Made by a program: the position numbers and the translations under genes
NCBI GenBank assembly: GCA_964410375.1
Contig: CAYPHR010000001.1
Span: 1 to 46,774 of the forward strand
Direction: 5' to 3'
Length of the DNA stretch: 46,774 nucleotides
From: an uncultured Anaerolinea sp.
GTDB taxonomy: Bacteria; Chloroflexota; Anaerolineae; Anaerolineales; Villigracilaceae
Part shown: one piece after another, positions 8,671-17,339 of the stretch
How positions within the stretch are numbered: the stretch's first letter is position 1
Layout: the number at the start of each line of letters is the position of its first letter
Notes under the pieces: generated by a model
What the model was told of the DNA's origin: nothing
Seen by the model: only the letters and a program-made list of their open reading frames with translations
The model's database searches: none

Positions 8671-9101
8671 CAGGAATTCACTCCCCGTTTGATATATTTT
8701 GTAAACGTTAGTGTGTTGCCATCATCGGAAGATTGATAGTCAATATTATCCATTGTCTGATAAATCAGAAACAAGCCCAGCCCGCCCAAAGGACGATCTT
8801 CAAGCGCAGCTTCCACATCCGGTTTGGGGGCGTCGGCAGGCTCAAAGACATGACCAAAGTCTGTGATCTGGACCAGGATGCGGTCAGATTCGATGCGGAA
8901 GGAAAGGATGATCGAACCGGGATCCATGCCTTTGTATCCGTGTTCGATGATGTTGGTGCAGGCTTCATCCACCGCCAGTTTCAAATCCAGCACGATATCG
9001 TTCGGGATGTCATATCTGGCGCAACATTCGGTAATGAAACCCCGGAAGACCTGAAGCGATTCGAGTTCGGCGGCACGGGTGATCTGAAAGCGTTGGGTCA
9101 T
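8670..9101 (-). CDS. Anti-sigma factor / Ser kinase (RsbW/SpoIIAB family)
   Basis: LAVDEACTNIIEHG N-box, ITDFG, GGLGLFLI; TGATG coupling to the next gene. Confidence 0.9.
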   Translation of the reverse strand: MTQRFQITRAAELESLQVFRGFITECCARYDIPNDIVLDLKLAVDEACTNIIEHGYKGMDPGSIILSFRIESDRILVQITDFGHVFEPADAPKPDVEAALEDRPLGGLGLFLIYQTMDNIDYQSSDDGNTLTFTKYIKRGVNS

Positions 9102-9110
9102 CGGCAGCTC

Positions 9111-9995
9111 CTAATACTTTGCATCTGGAAACGTGTTGACCCCGGCATGACGCCCGACTTGTTTGATCATTTTCAGGTCATCCCACTTCCTGTCAATTTT
9201 TTCGAGTATCCCGTCATGGATCGCCCAGGCGCGTCCGCGTACGGTGCTCCATTGGTCAGGCTGACGGAAAGGCGTACTGCCGTCCAGGGCTTTGTGGAGT
9301 TCGCCGCCGGGCTGGAATTCCTTATGAATGATGTCCATCAACTGATGCCCCTTGGAATACGCGAAACCGCGTTTCTCAAAGATCCAGGCGGAAACATAAC
9401 TCAACGGCTCAAGAAAAAAAGCATGATGCGACATCATGGTCAGAAATGTCTCGATATGATTAAAAACGATGCTCGAAGAACGCAATCCTTCGCGGATCTG
9501 TCCGGGGGCAAGCCCAGCCTGCTTGGCTCTTTCCTCCTCACCACGGTTACGATGAACCGTCCCGAAAAGCGTTTCGTTGCCTGCATCATCAACGTCTGTA
9601 CGGAAGCGCTCCGCGAGCGGATTGTTCGCAATCAGAAAGTTCAAGTCGATGCCGCTATATTGATTATCCGCCAGTTCAAGATAGAAAAACTCATTGCGGA
9701 CATCCTCCCCGTACCATGCCGTGATCTTGACCTTGTCGCTTCCCGCCTCCGCCTCAAGCCTGACCTGTTGGAGTTTATCGGGATTTTTCCATGTGCGCGG
9801 GTTGATATCGAACTCCGCCAGCACTTGAACGGGAATCAAGGCACGATACAGGCGCAGTTTGGGGTTTTCAGGCAGGCTATTCAAAGCCCGGATCGTGACA
9901 GGCAGGCTCGCATCTCCAATCAATTGGGAGATGGATATTTCCCCATTGATAGTATTCGTCCTTGGTTCAGGCTTAACTCTAAGGCGTTTGAACAT
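9111..9995 (-). CDS. Hypothetical protein, possibly divergent GNAT fold
   Basis: 294-aa ORF heading the operon; QIREGLR and AWIFEKRGFAY loosely resemble GNAT motifs A and B; function not recognised. Confidence 0.6.
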   Translation of the reverse strand: MFKRLRVKPEPRTNTINGEISISQLIGDASLPVTIRALNSLPENPKLRLYRALIPVQVLAEFDINPRTWKNPDKLQQVRLEAEAGSDKVKITAWYGEDVRNEFFYLELADNQYSGIDLNFLIANNPLAERFRTDVDDAGNETLFGTVHRNRGEEERAKQAGLAPGQIREGLRSSSIVFNHIETFLTMMSHHAFFLEPLSYVSAWIFEKRGFAYSKGHQLMDIIHKEFQPGGELHKALDGSTPFRQPDQWSTVRGRAWAIHDGILEKIDRKWDDLKMIKQVGRHAGVNTFPDAKY

Positions 9996-10100
9996 AAGAA
10001 TTTGGAAGTTATATCACACTAGACAGAATTGTTGAAGAAACGCAATGCAGCTTCCATTCTTAAAATCAGATGTGGAAATATGAACGTGTCAATCGTTATC

Positions 10101-10148
10101 TTGACAGTACAATCATCCGGGGGTAAAAACAAACCGACTGGTCGGTTT
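10101..10148 (+). promoter_or_regulatory. Promoter and palindromic operator upstream of TetR
   Basis: TTGACA at 10101-10106, 17 bp spacer, weak -10 TAAAAA; perfect palindrome aaaccgac-tg-gtcggttt at 10131-10148. Confidence 0.7.
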
Positions 10149-10192
10149 TATTCAAAACTCCCCTTCCAACGGAAAAGGGAATTGAGGAAAAC

Positions 10193-10777
10193 ATGCAACA
10201 ACGAAGCGAAGAGACACGCTCAAAGATCATTGAGTCCGCCATAAAACTATTCTCGGCGCGCGGATTCAACGCCGCCAGCGTGGACGACATTTGCGCCGAG
10301 GCGGGCGTCAGCAAGGGGGCGTTCTACCATCACTTCAAAAGCAAACAGGAACTTTTCCTTGCCCTGCTCGATGGCTGGCTGGAGACCATCGACAATGCCA
10401 TCGAAGCATCCAAGGACATGACCGTCCCTGAAACATTCATGCAGATCACCGAAGCATTCCCCTACATTTTCGCCACTGCAAATGAAGGCTTGCCCATGTT
10501 CCTAGAATTCTGGCTGCAAGCCAGCCGCGATGAAAAAATCTGGCAGGCAAGCGTTGCCCCCTACCGCCGCTACCACAAGCACTTCGCCACGCTCATCAAA
10601 AAGGGCGTGGAGGAAGGCTCGTTCGTGGAGGTCGACCCCGAGTTGACCTCGCGCATGATCATTTCCACTGCGATGGGTCTGCTGCTGCAAAGCCTGATGG
10701 ATCCGAAAGGCGCGAAATGGGAAAAGGTGGCGCGCGACAGCACGAACATGCTGGTCAATAGTATGTTGAAGAAGTGA
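10193..10777 (+). CDS. TetR/AcrR family transcriptional regulator
   Basis: N-terminal HTH LFSARGF..SVDDIC..AGVSKGAFYHHFKSK. Confidence 0.93.
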   Translation: MQQRSEETRSKIIESAIKLFSARGFNAASVDDICAEAGVSKGAFYHHFKSKQELFLALLDGWLETIDNAIEASKDMTVPETFMQITEAFPYIFATANEGLPMFLEFWLQASRDEKIWQASVAPYRRYHKHFATLIKKGVEEGSFVEVDPELTSRMIISTAMGLLLQSLMDPKGAKWEKVARDSTNMLVNSMLKK

Positions 10778-11778
10778 GAAACGAGATCATGTGGCTGGTA
10801 ACCGGCGCGACGGGACATGTGGGAAATGTCCTTGTGCGAAAACTTTTGGAACGCGGGGAAGCGGTGCGGGCGTTGATCCTGCCGGGCGAAAGCCGCGAAC
10901 CAATTTCGGGATTTAGGGTCGAAGCGGTGGAAGGCGATGTGCTTAATGTGGATGTGTTATTCAAATCCATGCAGGGCGTACGCGGTGTCTTCCATCTGGC
11001 GGGTGTCATTTCGATCATGCCGGGTCCAAATCCGATGGTGCGAAAGGTCAACGTGGATGGGACGAAAAACGTCCTGCGCGCGGCGGCGGAACACGGCATC
11101 AAGATGATTTATACATCCTCCATCCATGCCATTCAACGCGTGGAGGATGGCATCATCGATGAGAATATCCCATATGACATGCACAACCCCTACGGCGCAT
11201 ATGACCGCTCAAAGGCGGAGGCAACGTTGGAAGTGTTGAACGCGGCTCATGCCGGACTGGAAGCTGTTGTGATCTGCCCCACCGGCGTGATCGGTCCGTA
11301 TGATTTTCGCGGATCGCTGATGGGCGCAGTCATCCACGATGCGGCAGCCGCCAAGCCCGCATTATACGTGGACGGAGCGTATGATTTTGTGGATGTGCGC
11401 GATGTGGCGGACGGGTTGATCGCCGCCGCGGAGAATGGGAAGCGCGGCGAGAGTTACATTTTATCTGGGCAGAAAATTTCAGTGCGGTATTTGCTTGAAA
11501 CCGTGCGGGAAATCACGGGCAGGCATTTCTTTCAAATGAAAATCCCTTTTGATCTTGCAAAGTTCGCGGCGATGTTCATGCCTTTGTATTATCGCTTTGC
11601 ACATGCCACGCCTCGTTTTACACCGTATTCACTGGAAGTCTTGCAAAGCAATTCGAACATCAGCCATGCCAAGGCGGCAAGAGAACTAAGATATTCCCCA
11701 CGTTCATTGCACGAGTCGATCAGAGACACAGTGACGTGGTTTTTGGATAAGAAAAATCAACAGGAGACTAAAAGATGA
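10774..11778 (+). CDS. NAD-dependent epimerase/dehydratase (extended SDR, dihydroflavonol reductase-like)
   Basis: VTGATGHVG, HLAG, YTSS, YDRSK; start could be ATG 10789. Confidence 0.85.
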   Translation: MRNEIMWLVTGATGHVGNVLVRKLLERGEAVRALILPGESREPISGFRVEAVEGDVLNVDVLFKSMQGVRGVFHLAGVISIMPGPNPMVRKVNVDGTKNVLRAAAEHGIKMIYTSSIHAIQRVEDGIIDENIPYDMHNPYGAYDRSKAEATLEVLNAAHAGLEAVVICPTGVIGPYDFRGSLMGAVIHDAAAAKPALYVDGAYDFVDVRDVADGLIAAAENGKRGESYILSGQKISVRYLLETVREITGRHFFQMKIPFDLAKFAAMFMPLYYRFAHATPRFTPYSLEVLQSNSNISHAKAARELRYSPRSLHESIRDTVTWFLDKKNQQETKR

Positions 11779-12635
11779 AGATCGTAACCGATTGCGCGGC
11801 GGATATGCCGAACGAAGAACTTGAACAGTTGGGGGTCGTGCAAGCGCCCCTGTTCATTCAATTCCCCGAGGGCGAGGTGAACTCGGCGGACATTTCAGCA
11901 GACGATTTCTACAATCGCCTGGAATCCATGCGCCCGAAATTCCCAACCACGGCACAGCCGTCCGCAGGCATCTTCGCGGAGCTGTACCGCAAGATCGCAC
12001 AGACGGATAAGGACATTTTCTCGATCCATATTTCCTCGGGGCTGAGCGGCACGATCAACTCGGCGCAGGATGGCGGCAGTTTGGTCAAGGATGAGGCGAA
12101 TGTCAAATTCTGGGATACGCTCACGCTCTCCGGCGGCGAACGGTTCCAGGTCATGGCGGCGGCGCTCGGTCACAAAGCAGGCTGGAGCGTGGAAAAGATC
12201 CAGGAACGGCTGACCAAGATCCGTGAGAAGACCGAGGTGATTTACACGCTCGACACGCTGGAATATCTGGCGCGCGGCGGGCGCATCGGGCGCGTACAGG
12301 CAATGGCAGGCGCGCTTCTAAATCTCAAGCCGATCATCCGCGTGGATACGGACGGCAAGTACAGCACGGTCGCAAAGGGGCGTTCCATTGGAAAAGCGAT
12401 GACCATCCTTGCAGATTATCTGCACGACAAGTATGGCAATACCCCGCTGTGGACGACCGTCCTGCATGGACGTTTCGCCGAGAAAGCGGATGAACTCGCG
12501 AAGGAATTTCAATCCAAACTCAATGTGACAAAATTGGAGGTGATGCGCATCTCGCCAGTGCTGGGCGTGCACACCGGTCCGGGCATCGTCGGCGCGGCGG
12601 TGGTGCCAATGGAGTTGATGGAAGATCTGGTGTAG
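11775..12635 (+). CDS. DegV family fatty-acid-binding protein (FakB-like)
   Basis: IVTDCAAD, TTAQPS, ISSGLSGT, LARGGRIG, GVHTGPG. Confidence 0.93.
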   Translation: MKIVTDCAADMPNEELEQLGVVQAPLFIQFPEGEVNSADISADDFYNRLESMRPKFPTTAQPSAGIFAELYRKIAQTDKDIFSIHISSGLSGTINSAQDGGSLVKDEANVKFWDTLTLSGGERFQVMAAALGHKAGWSVEKIQERLTKIREKTEVIYTLDTLEYLARGGRIGRVQAMAGALLNLKPIIRVDTDGKYSTVAKGRSIGKAMTILADYLHDKYGNTPLWTTVLHGRFAEKADELAKEFQSKLNVTKLEVMRISPVLGVHTGPGIVGAAVVPMELMEDLV

Positions 12636-12641
12636 AAAGTA

Positions 12642-12668
12642 GCAGGTCACGCTTGAAGCGTGACCTGC
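12642..12668. terminator. Hairpin between convergent genes (terminator or REP-like)
   Basis: gcaggtcacgc-ttgaa-gcgtgacctgc. Confidence 0.6.
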
Positions 12669-12673
12669 GTTTA

Positions 12674-13801
12674 TCATACAGCAAACCTTCTTGCCTTTTC
12701 GATCCGCTCGCCCAACGGCAGGTGCGAATAGAACATTAAGACGACCCATTTTTCAGGATCGACGTCCCCGAGATTCTGATTCGCCAATCTCGTAAACGCG
12801 GACGCGAACGCTTCGTTCTTACCCGTAGCCTGCAACGCGTAGTCGTCAGCTTTTCTCTCCCTCCAGCGGGATACGGCATTATCGAGCGGCTGGGTGACAA
12901 GCCCGTAGATGCTGAAGATTAACGCCAGCGCAGGGAAGGCGGCAATGTCGGCGGAACTAGCAAAGCCGAAATATCCCACTGCCCAATTCAACGCCAGTGA
13001 CGCAAGATACAATCCCAACGTCGTACTGATCGTCCCGAAAGCAATGAACAACGGAATATCGCGGTTGACATGATGCCCGAGTTCGTGCGCCAGTACGGTT
13101 TCGATCTCATCCGCTGTGAATTCGTTGATGAGCGTATCACCCAACACGATGCGGCGCGTGTTGCCAATGCCGGTCAACGCGGCATTGGCGGATTTTGTCC
13201 GCTTGGACATATCGAATTTGAACACACCTTTGACCTTGGTGTTTGCGCGTTTGGCAAGCGCGAGCAGGCGTTCTTCCAAATCTTTATGTTCGTCACCGAG
13301 TGGGATGTATTTGTTAAATATCGGCATGATGAGGGTCGGCGCGAGGTTGGAGAGCAACACAGTAAAGACCAGCATCCCGCCCGCCGCCCATAACCACCAC
13401 AAATCACCAGTGAGGCGCAAAGCAAGATAAAGCAATTCGAGCAGAATCAGCCCGATGGGCGCACCAATGGCGAGACCCTTGAGGCGGTCAATGATCCAAT
13501 CTTTCAACGACTGGTTGGATTGACCAAAGCGGTGCGGCAGGACAAATCCGCTGTAGTAGCCGAGCGGCAGAGTGACAAGGGAGAATATCCCGCCGAAGAT
13601 GATGACAAAGATCGCGATCAGGGACCAATCGTCAGCGGCGAAGGAGGCGATCCATTCGCGCAGGGAAATGCTCCAGCCGAAGACTATCCATGCCAGCATG
13701 TAAACAGCGCTGAGGGAAGTATCCACCAGCCAGAGGCGGCGTTTGATGTGGGCATATTGTTTGGCTTGTTTTTGTCGTTCGGGGTCAAGAGTGGTTTGCA
13801 T
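12674..13801 (-). CDS. M48 family (Ste24-like) membrane metalloprotease
   Basis: Multiple TM segments, ANAALTG, LAHELGH, ERKAD, YSHLP..ERI. Confidence 0.92.
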   Translation of the reverse strand: MQTTLDPERQKQAKQYAHIKRRLWLVDTSLSAVYMLAWIVFGWSISLREWIASFAADDWSLIAIFVIIFGGIFSLVTLPLGYYSGFVLPHRFGQSNQSLKDWIIDRLKGLAIGAPIGLILLELLYLALRLTGDLWWLWAAGGMLVFTVLLSNLAPTLIMPIFNKYIPLGDEHKDLEERLLALAKRANTKVKGVFKFDMSKRTKSANAALTGIGNTRRIVLGDTLINEFTADEIETVLAHELGHHVNRDIPLFIAFGTISTTLGLYLASLALNWAVGYFGFASSADIAAFPALALIFSIYGLVTQPLDNAVSRWRERKADDYALQATGKNEAFASAFTRLANQNLGDVDPEKWVVLMFYSHLPLGERIEKARRFAV

Positions 13802-13807
13802 GAAAAA

Positions 13808-13833
13808 ATTATAGCATCATGCAGGACTATAAT
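13808..13833. promoter_or_regulatory. Back-to-back -10 elements for divergent leaderless transcripts
   Basis: Minus-strand TGcTATAAT 6 nt before ATG 13801; plus-strand TATAAT (13828-13833) 6 nt before ATG 13840; no SD for either gene. Confidence 0.65.
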
Positions 13834-13839
13834 AACCAC

Positions 13840-14658
13840 ATGACCGCACTACACCCCAACTCATACGAACTCATCCGTCCGCTTTTGCTTGGCATGGATT
13901 TTCACCTCGTGGGGCGCTCGATTCTCGCCAAGCAGACACCCGCGCAAATCTTCGTGGACAATCACGAACAGCCCAAAGCCATGTTCGCGCAGGCGGGTCA
14001 CAGATATATTCTGGCTGGCGATTCCGAGATAGACAGTTTCAATCTTGGGATTCGAAAAATGTTCACGAACGTCATTTTTCCGCAAGCAATTGCAGCAGGT
14101 GAGGAAGGTTTTGGAATTTACTATGATGCGCCTGCATGGGAAGAAAAAATGGACGCGCTTCTCACAGGGAGAGAGACGATTCACGCCAACCGCGAATACT
14201 ATGCCTGCAAGGGGTTGAAACAAAAGTGGCAAGACGCTATGCCCGAAGGATTTCAGCTCCACATGGTAAATGCCGACCTGTTGGCAAATACCGACCTGAA
14301 GCATCTTGAAACGCTCAAAGAGGAAATGACATCCGAACGACCCAGTGTGGATGATTTTCTTGCCAAGAGCTTTGGCGTGTGTGCGATCCATGAAAATGAA
14401 CTTGCGGGCTGGTGTCTCTCCGAATACAACGCGGACGGGCGCTGTGAGATCGGAATCGAAACCACCCGTGATTTCCGTCAACGCGGGATCGCTACCGCGC
14501 TGACACTCGCCTTTCTCGAATACGCCTTCTCGCACGGCATTAACGAAGTCGGCTGGCATTGCTTCAAACGAAATGAGGCATCCGCAAAGACTGCCCTCAA
14601 GGCAGGCTTCGACAAAATCTGTGACTACAAGTACTACATTGTTCCGCTCAAGGAGTAA
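13840..14658 (+). CDS. GNAT family N-acetyltransferase
   Basis: EIGIET..FRQRGIATAL..NEASAKTALKAGF; start 13840 chosen from the -10 position (ORF track starts at 13819). Confidence 0.85.
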   Translation: MTALHPNSYELIRPLLLGMDFHLVGRSILAKQTPAQIFVDNHEQPKAMFAQAGHRYILAGDSEIDSFNLGIRKMFTNVIFPQAIAAGEEGFGIYYDAPAWEEKMDALLTGRETIHANREYYACKGLKQKWQDAMPEGFQLHMVNADLLANTDLKHLETLKEEMTSERPSVDDFLAKSFGVCAIHENELAGWCLSEYNADGRCEIGIETTRDFRQRGIATALTLAFLEYAFSHGINEVGWHCFKRNEASAKTALKAGFDKICDYKYYIVPLKE

Positions 14659-14660
14659 GC

Positions 14661-15608
14661 ATGAAACTCACAATGCGCCCCTATCGAGGCGAAGAAGATT
14701 ACTGGCAAATGCGCCAGTTCCTGCGCGAGGTCATGTTATTGAACAACCTGCATCAATATAGTTGGCACGTTGCCCGACTCGACTATTGGTGGTGGTTCGC
14801 CAACAAGGACATTGAAAAAATTGACCTAACACAAGTCATATTTTTCTGGGAAACCGAAACAGGGGAAATCACTGCCGTTCTCAACCCTGAAGGCAAAGGG
14901 CAAGCCTATCTTCAAATCCACCCGAAATACCGCACGCCCGAACTTGAAGAGGAAATGATCGCCGCCGCGGAAAAGCATCTCAACCATCCAAACCGAGAAG
15001 GCAGGCTGCGAATTCAAGTCTTTGCTGATTCAAAAGATACCCTACGTCATGATATTTTGATACGACGCGGCTATCAAAAAGTGGAGCGACCCGAGACGAG
15101 TGAGACCATTCATATCTTCACACTTGAAAATGAAATCCCAAACGAAAAAACACCCGCAGGATACACCATCCGCGCGCTTGGGCATGGACTGGAACTGCTC
15201 GAACGTTGTTACGCCTCGGGGCTTGGCTTTCACGATGATGATATCAACATCGCCCGCGAAAATCGCGACGACCCGAGTTGGTATCACCACATTCAATCCG
15301 CGCCGCTTTACCGCCGCGATCTTGATATTGTAGCCGTAGCCAGTGATGGTTCAGTCGCATCCTTCTGCACGGTTTGGTTCGACGATGTCACCCGCACGGC
15401 ATACTTCGAGCCTGTTGCCACCGTCCCCAAGCACCAGCGGCATGGGCTCGGCAAAGCCGTCCTCACCGAAGGGCTGAAGCGTCTCAAAAGCATGGGTGCG
15501 AAAATTGCCACGGTCGGCGGGTATTCCGATGCGGCAAATGGATTATATTTTTCCGTCTTCGGCAAAGAGTTTGACCTGCTGCAACCGTGGGAAAAATTTT
15601 TCGACTAA
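14661..15608 (+). CDS. GNAT family N-acetyltransferase (two-domain)
   Basis: FEPVATVPKHQRHGLGKA motif A; SD aaggag. Confidence 0.85.
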   Translation: MKLTMRPYRGEEDYWQMRQFLREVMLLNNLHQYSWHVARLDYWWWFANKDIEKIDLTQVIFFWETETGEITAVLNPEGKGQAYLQIHPKYRTPELEEEMIAAAEKHLNHPNREGRLRIQVFADSKDTLRHDILIRRGYQKVERPETSETIHIFTLENEIPNEKTPAGYTIRALGHGLELLERCYASGLGFHDDDINIARENRDDPSWYHHIQSAPLYRRDLDIVAVASDGSVASFCTVWFDDVTRTAYFEPVATVPKHQRHGLGKAVLTEGLKRLKSMGAKIATVGGYSDAANGLYFSVFGKEFDLLQPWEKFFD

Positions 15609-15655
15609 AAAAGTGACTGTCACTCCGCTTCATCCCACCCGACGCCTGATTCTGT

Positions 15656-16222
15656 TTAAGCAGCCTTTGCCTGCTCTGCCGCTAACAGCGCGATCACTTC
15701 CTCCGACTTCATCACCTGACCATACGACTTCAACGCCGCCAAAAACGCCTTGTGGACATGCTCCGCGGGGATGGTTGTGCCGCCATGTTCCAAATCCCGC
15801 GTGGCGCAGGCATCTTCGGCAACAATTATCTTGAAACCAAAGTCCGCAGCGGCACGGGCGGTGGCGTCCACACACATGTGAGTCATCATGCCGGTGATGA
15901 CGACGCGCTCCACTCCCCACTCTTTGAGCATCTCCAATAGATTCGTCTCGCGAAATGAGTTGGGATAGTGTTTATACACGATCGGTTCGCCCTCGAAATG
16001 CGCAACCGAATCGTGAATGTCCGATCCGCTATCGCCGCGGATGAAAAACTTTGCATCGGGCTTGAGCGAGATATGCTGGATGTGGACGTGACACCCGCCA
16101 TGCTCGCGGAAGCATTGCAGGAGCATGTAGGCATTCTCCGCTTCTTCAGGGTTCACAAGCGGAAACTTCCCGCCGGGGAAATAGTCTTTTTGAATGTCAA
16201 TAACAAGTAGGGCTGTTTTCAC
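15656..16222 (-). CDS. Cysteine hydrolase (isochorismatase family)
   Basis: ALLVIDIQKDYF, K..PNSF, GMMTHMCVDATAR. Confidence 0.9.
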   Translation of the reverse strand: MKTALLVIDIQKDYFPGGKFPLVNPEEAENAYMLLQCFREHGGCHVHIQHISLKPDAKFFIRGDSGSDIHDSVAHFEGEPIVYKHYPNSFRETNLLEMLKEWGVERVVITGMMTHMCVDATARAAADFGFKIIVAEDACATRDLEHGGTTIPAEHVHKAFLAALKSYGQVMKSEEVIALLAAEQAKAA

Positions 16223-16232
16223 AAAGTCTCCT

Positions 16233-17339
16233 TTATTTCATCCCAAACAGGAAGCGCATTACACCAAAACGTTTGACCACGCCTTCATACAGCACCATAA
16301 TAATCACGAATGAAACGGCTCCCAACAACAGGTATTTGGGAAAGACCGCCAGTGACCAATCCATGATGAAGTAGCCGATGATGACGATGACTGACTGGTG
16401 AAGGATGTAGAACGGCAGGACAGCTTGATTGGCGTATTTCAGGAAGCTGTTATTGAAGTTGAGATACTGAGCAGCAAGTCCCAGAAATGCGAGAAGCCAG
16501 CACCAGGTGTTGAATCCGCGGATGATGGAAAATATCGGGTCATAGGTGGACATATCCATACCGAGGACGAGGTAAAAGCCCAAGATCATCAGAAGCAAGC
16601 CCAGGGTTAAAGAAAAGAAGCGTTGACGCGCGATAACGAGGCGGTAACGTTCATCCGTCGTCAAAAGATAGCCGATGAGGAAAATTGTCAAATAGGTTAG
16701 CGGACTCCAGCCGCCGAAATCCCGCCGCCCCACCGTATCAGGCGAAAGGTTCACAAGCAATTCGACCAAAGCCATGGGAATGAAGAATAAATAGATCACA
16801 AAAGGTCGCGCGAAGAAATCTGCGATGGGTTTCATGTTCGCACGGTTGATGAATTGGAACACAGGGAGCATGATCCACGAGAAGAGGAAGAGCATCAGCA
16901 GATACCACAAGTGCAGACCCATCCATGCGAAGTTGCCGCCGAAACCGTACCAACCTTTGAAATATTCGGGAATGAACTGCCAGAACGAATCAGAAAATTG
17001 ACCGTGACTAATGCGTTCAATGTAAACTTGTACAATAATATGCGTGAAAATGCCAAACACCAATGGGACCAACAAGCGTGTCACGCGCTCGCGCATGAAC
17101 TCGCCGCCAGAACGATGTTTCAGCGCGTAATACGTGGCAAAGGCGGATAGGAAAAAGAAGAGCGGCATGATGAACTGATTCAGCAGGTTGACAAAGACCG
17201 TCGCGCCGAAATCCAGTTCGATGTTCTTGACATGCCAATCCTCCTCGTTGAAAAAGCGGGCAACATGAAAAAGAAAAATCCCCATCATGCCCAGCACACG
17301 AAGCCAGTCCACATCGAAATAGCGGTTCTTAGTACTCAT
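16233..17339 (-). CDS. Acyltransferase family 3 membrane protein (OpgC/MdoC-like)
   Basis: R..DWLR, MPLFFFLS, RLLVP, HLWYL, YILHQ; many TM segments. Confidence 0.87.
   Translation of the reverse strand: MSTKNRYFDVDWLRVLGMMGIFLFHVARFFNEEDWHVKNIELDFGATVFVNLLNQFIMPLFFFLSAFATYYALKHRSGGEFMRERVTRLLVPLVFGIFTHIIVQVYIERISHGQFSDSFWQFIPEYFKGWYGFGGNFAWMGLHLWYLLMLFLFSWIMLPVFQFINRANMKPIADFFARPFVIYLFFIPMALVELLVNLSPDTVGRRDFGGWSPLTYLTIFLIGYLLTTDERYRLVIARQRFFSLTLGLLLMILGFYLVLGMDMSTYDPIFSIIRGFNTWCWLLAFLGLAAQYLNFNNSFLKYANQAVLPFYILHQSVIVIIGYFIMDWSLAVFPKYLLLGAVSFVIIMVLYEGVVKRFGVMRFLFGMK

Noticed and set aside
8733-10022. 429-aa plus-strand ORF and other long antisense ORFs (e.g. 6139-6957, 4510-5190, 13861-14559, 37301-38004, 42779-43471)
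   Set aside because: They lie opposite well-supported genes, have no recognisable motifs, and are expected shadows in GC-rich coding DNA
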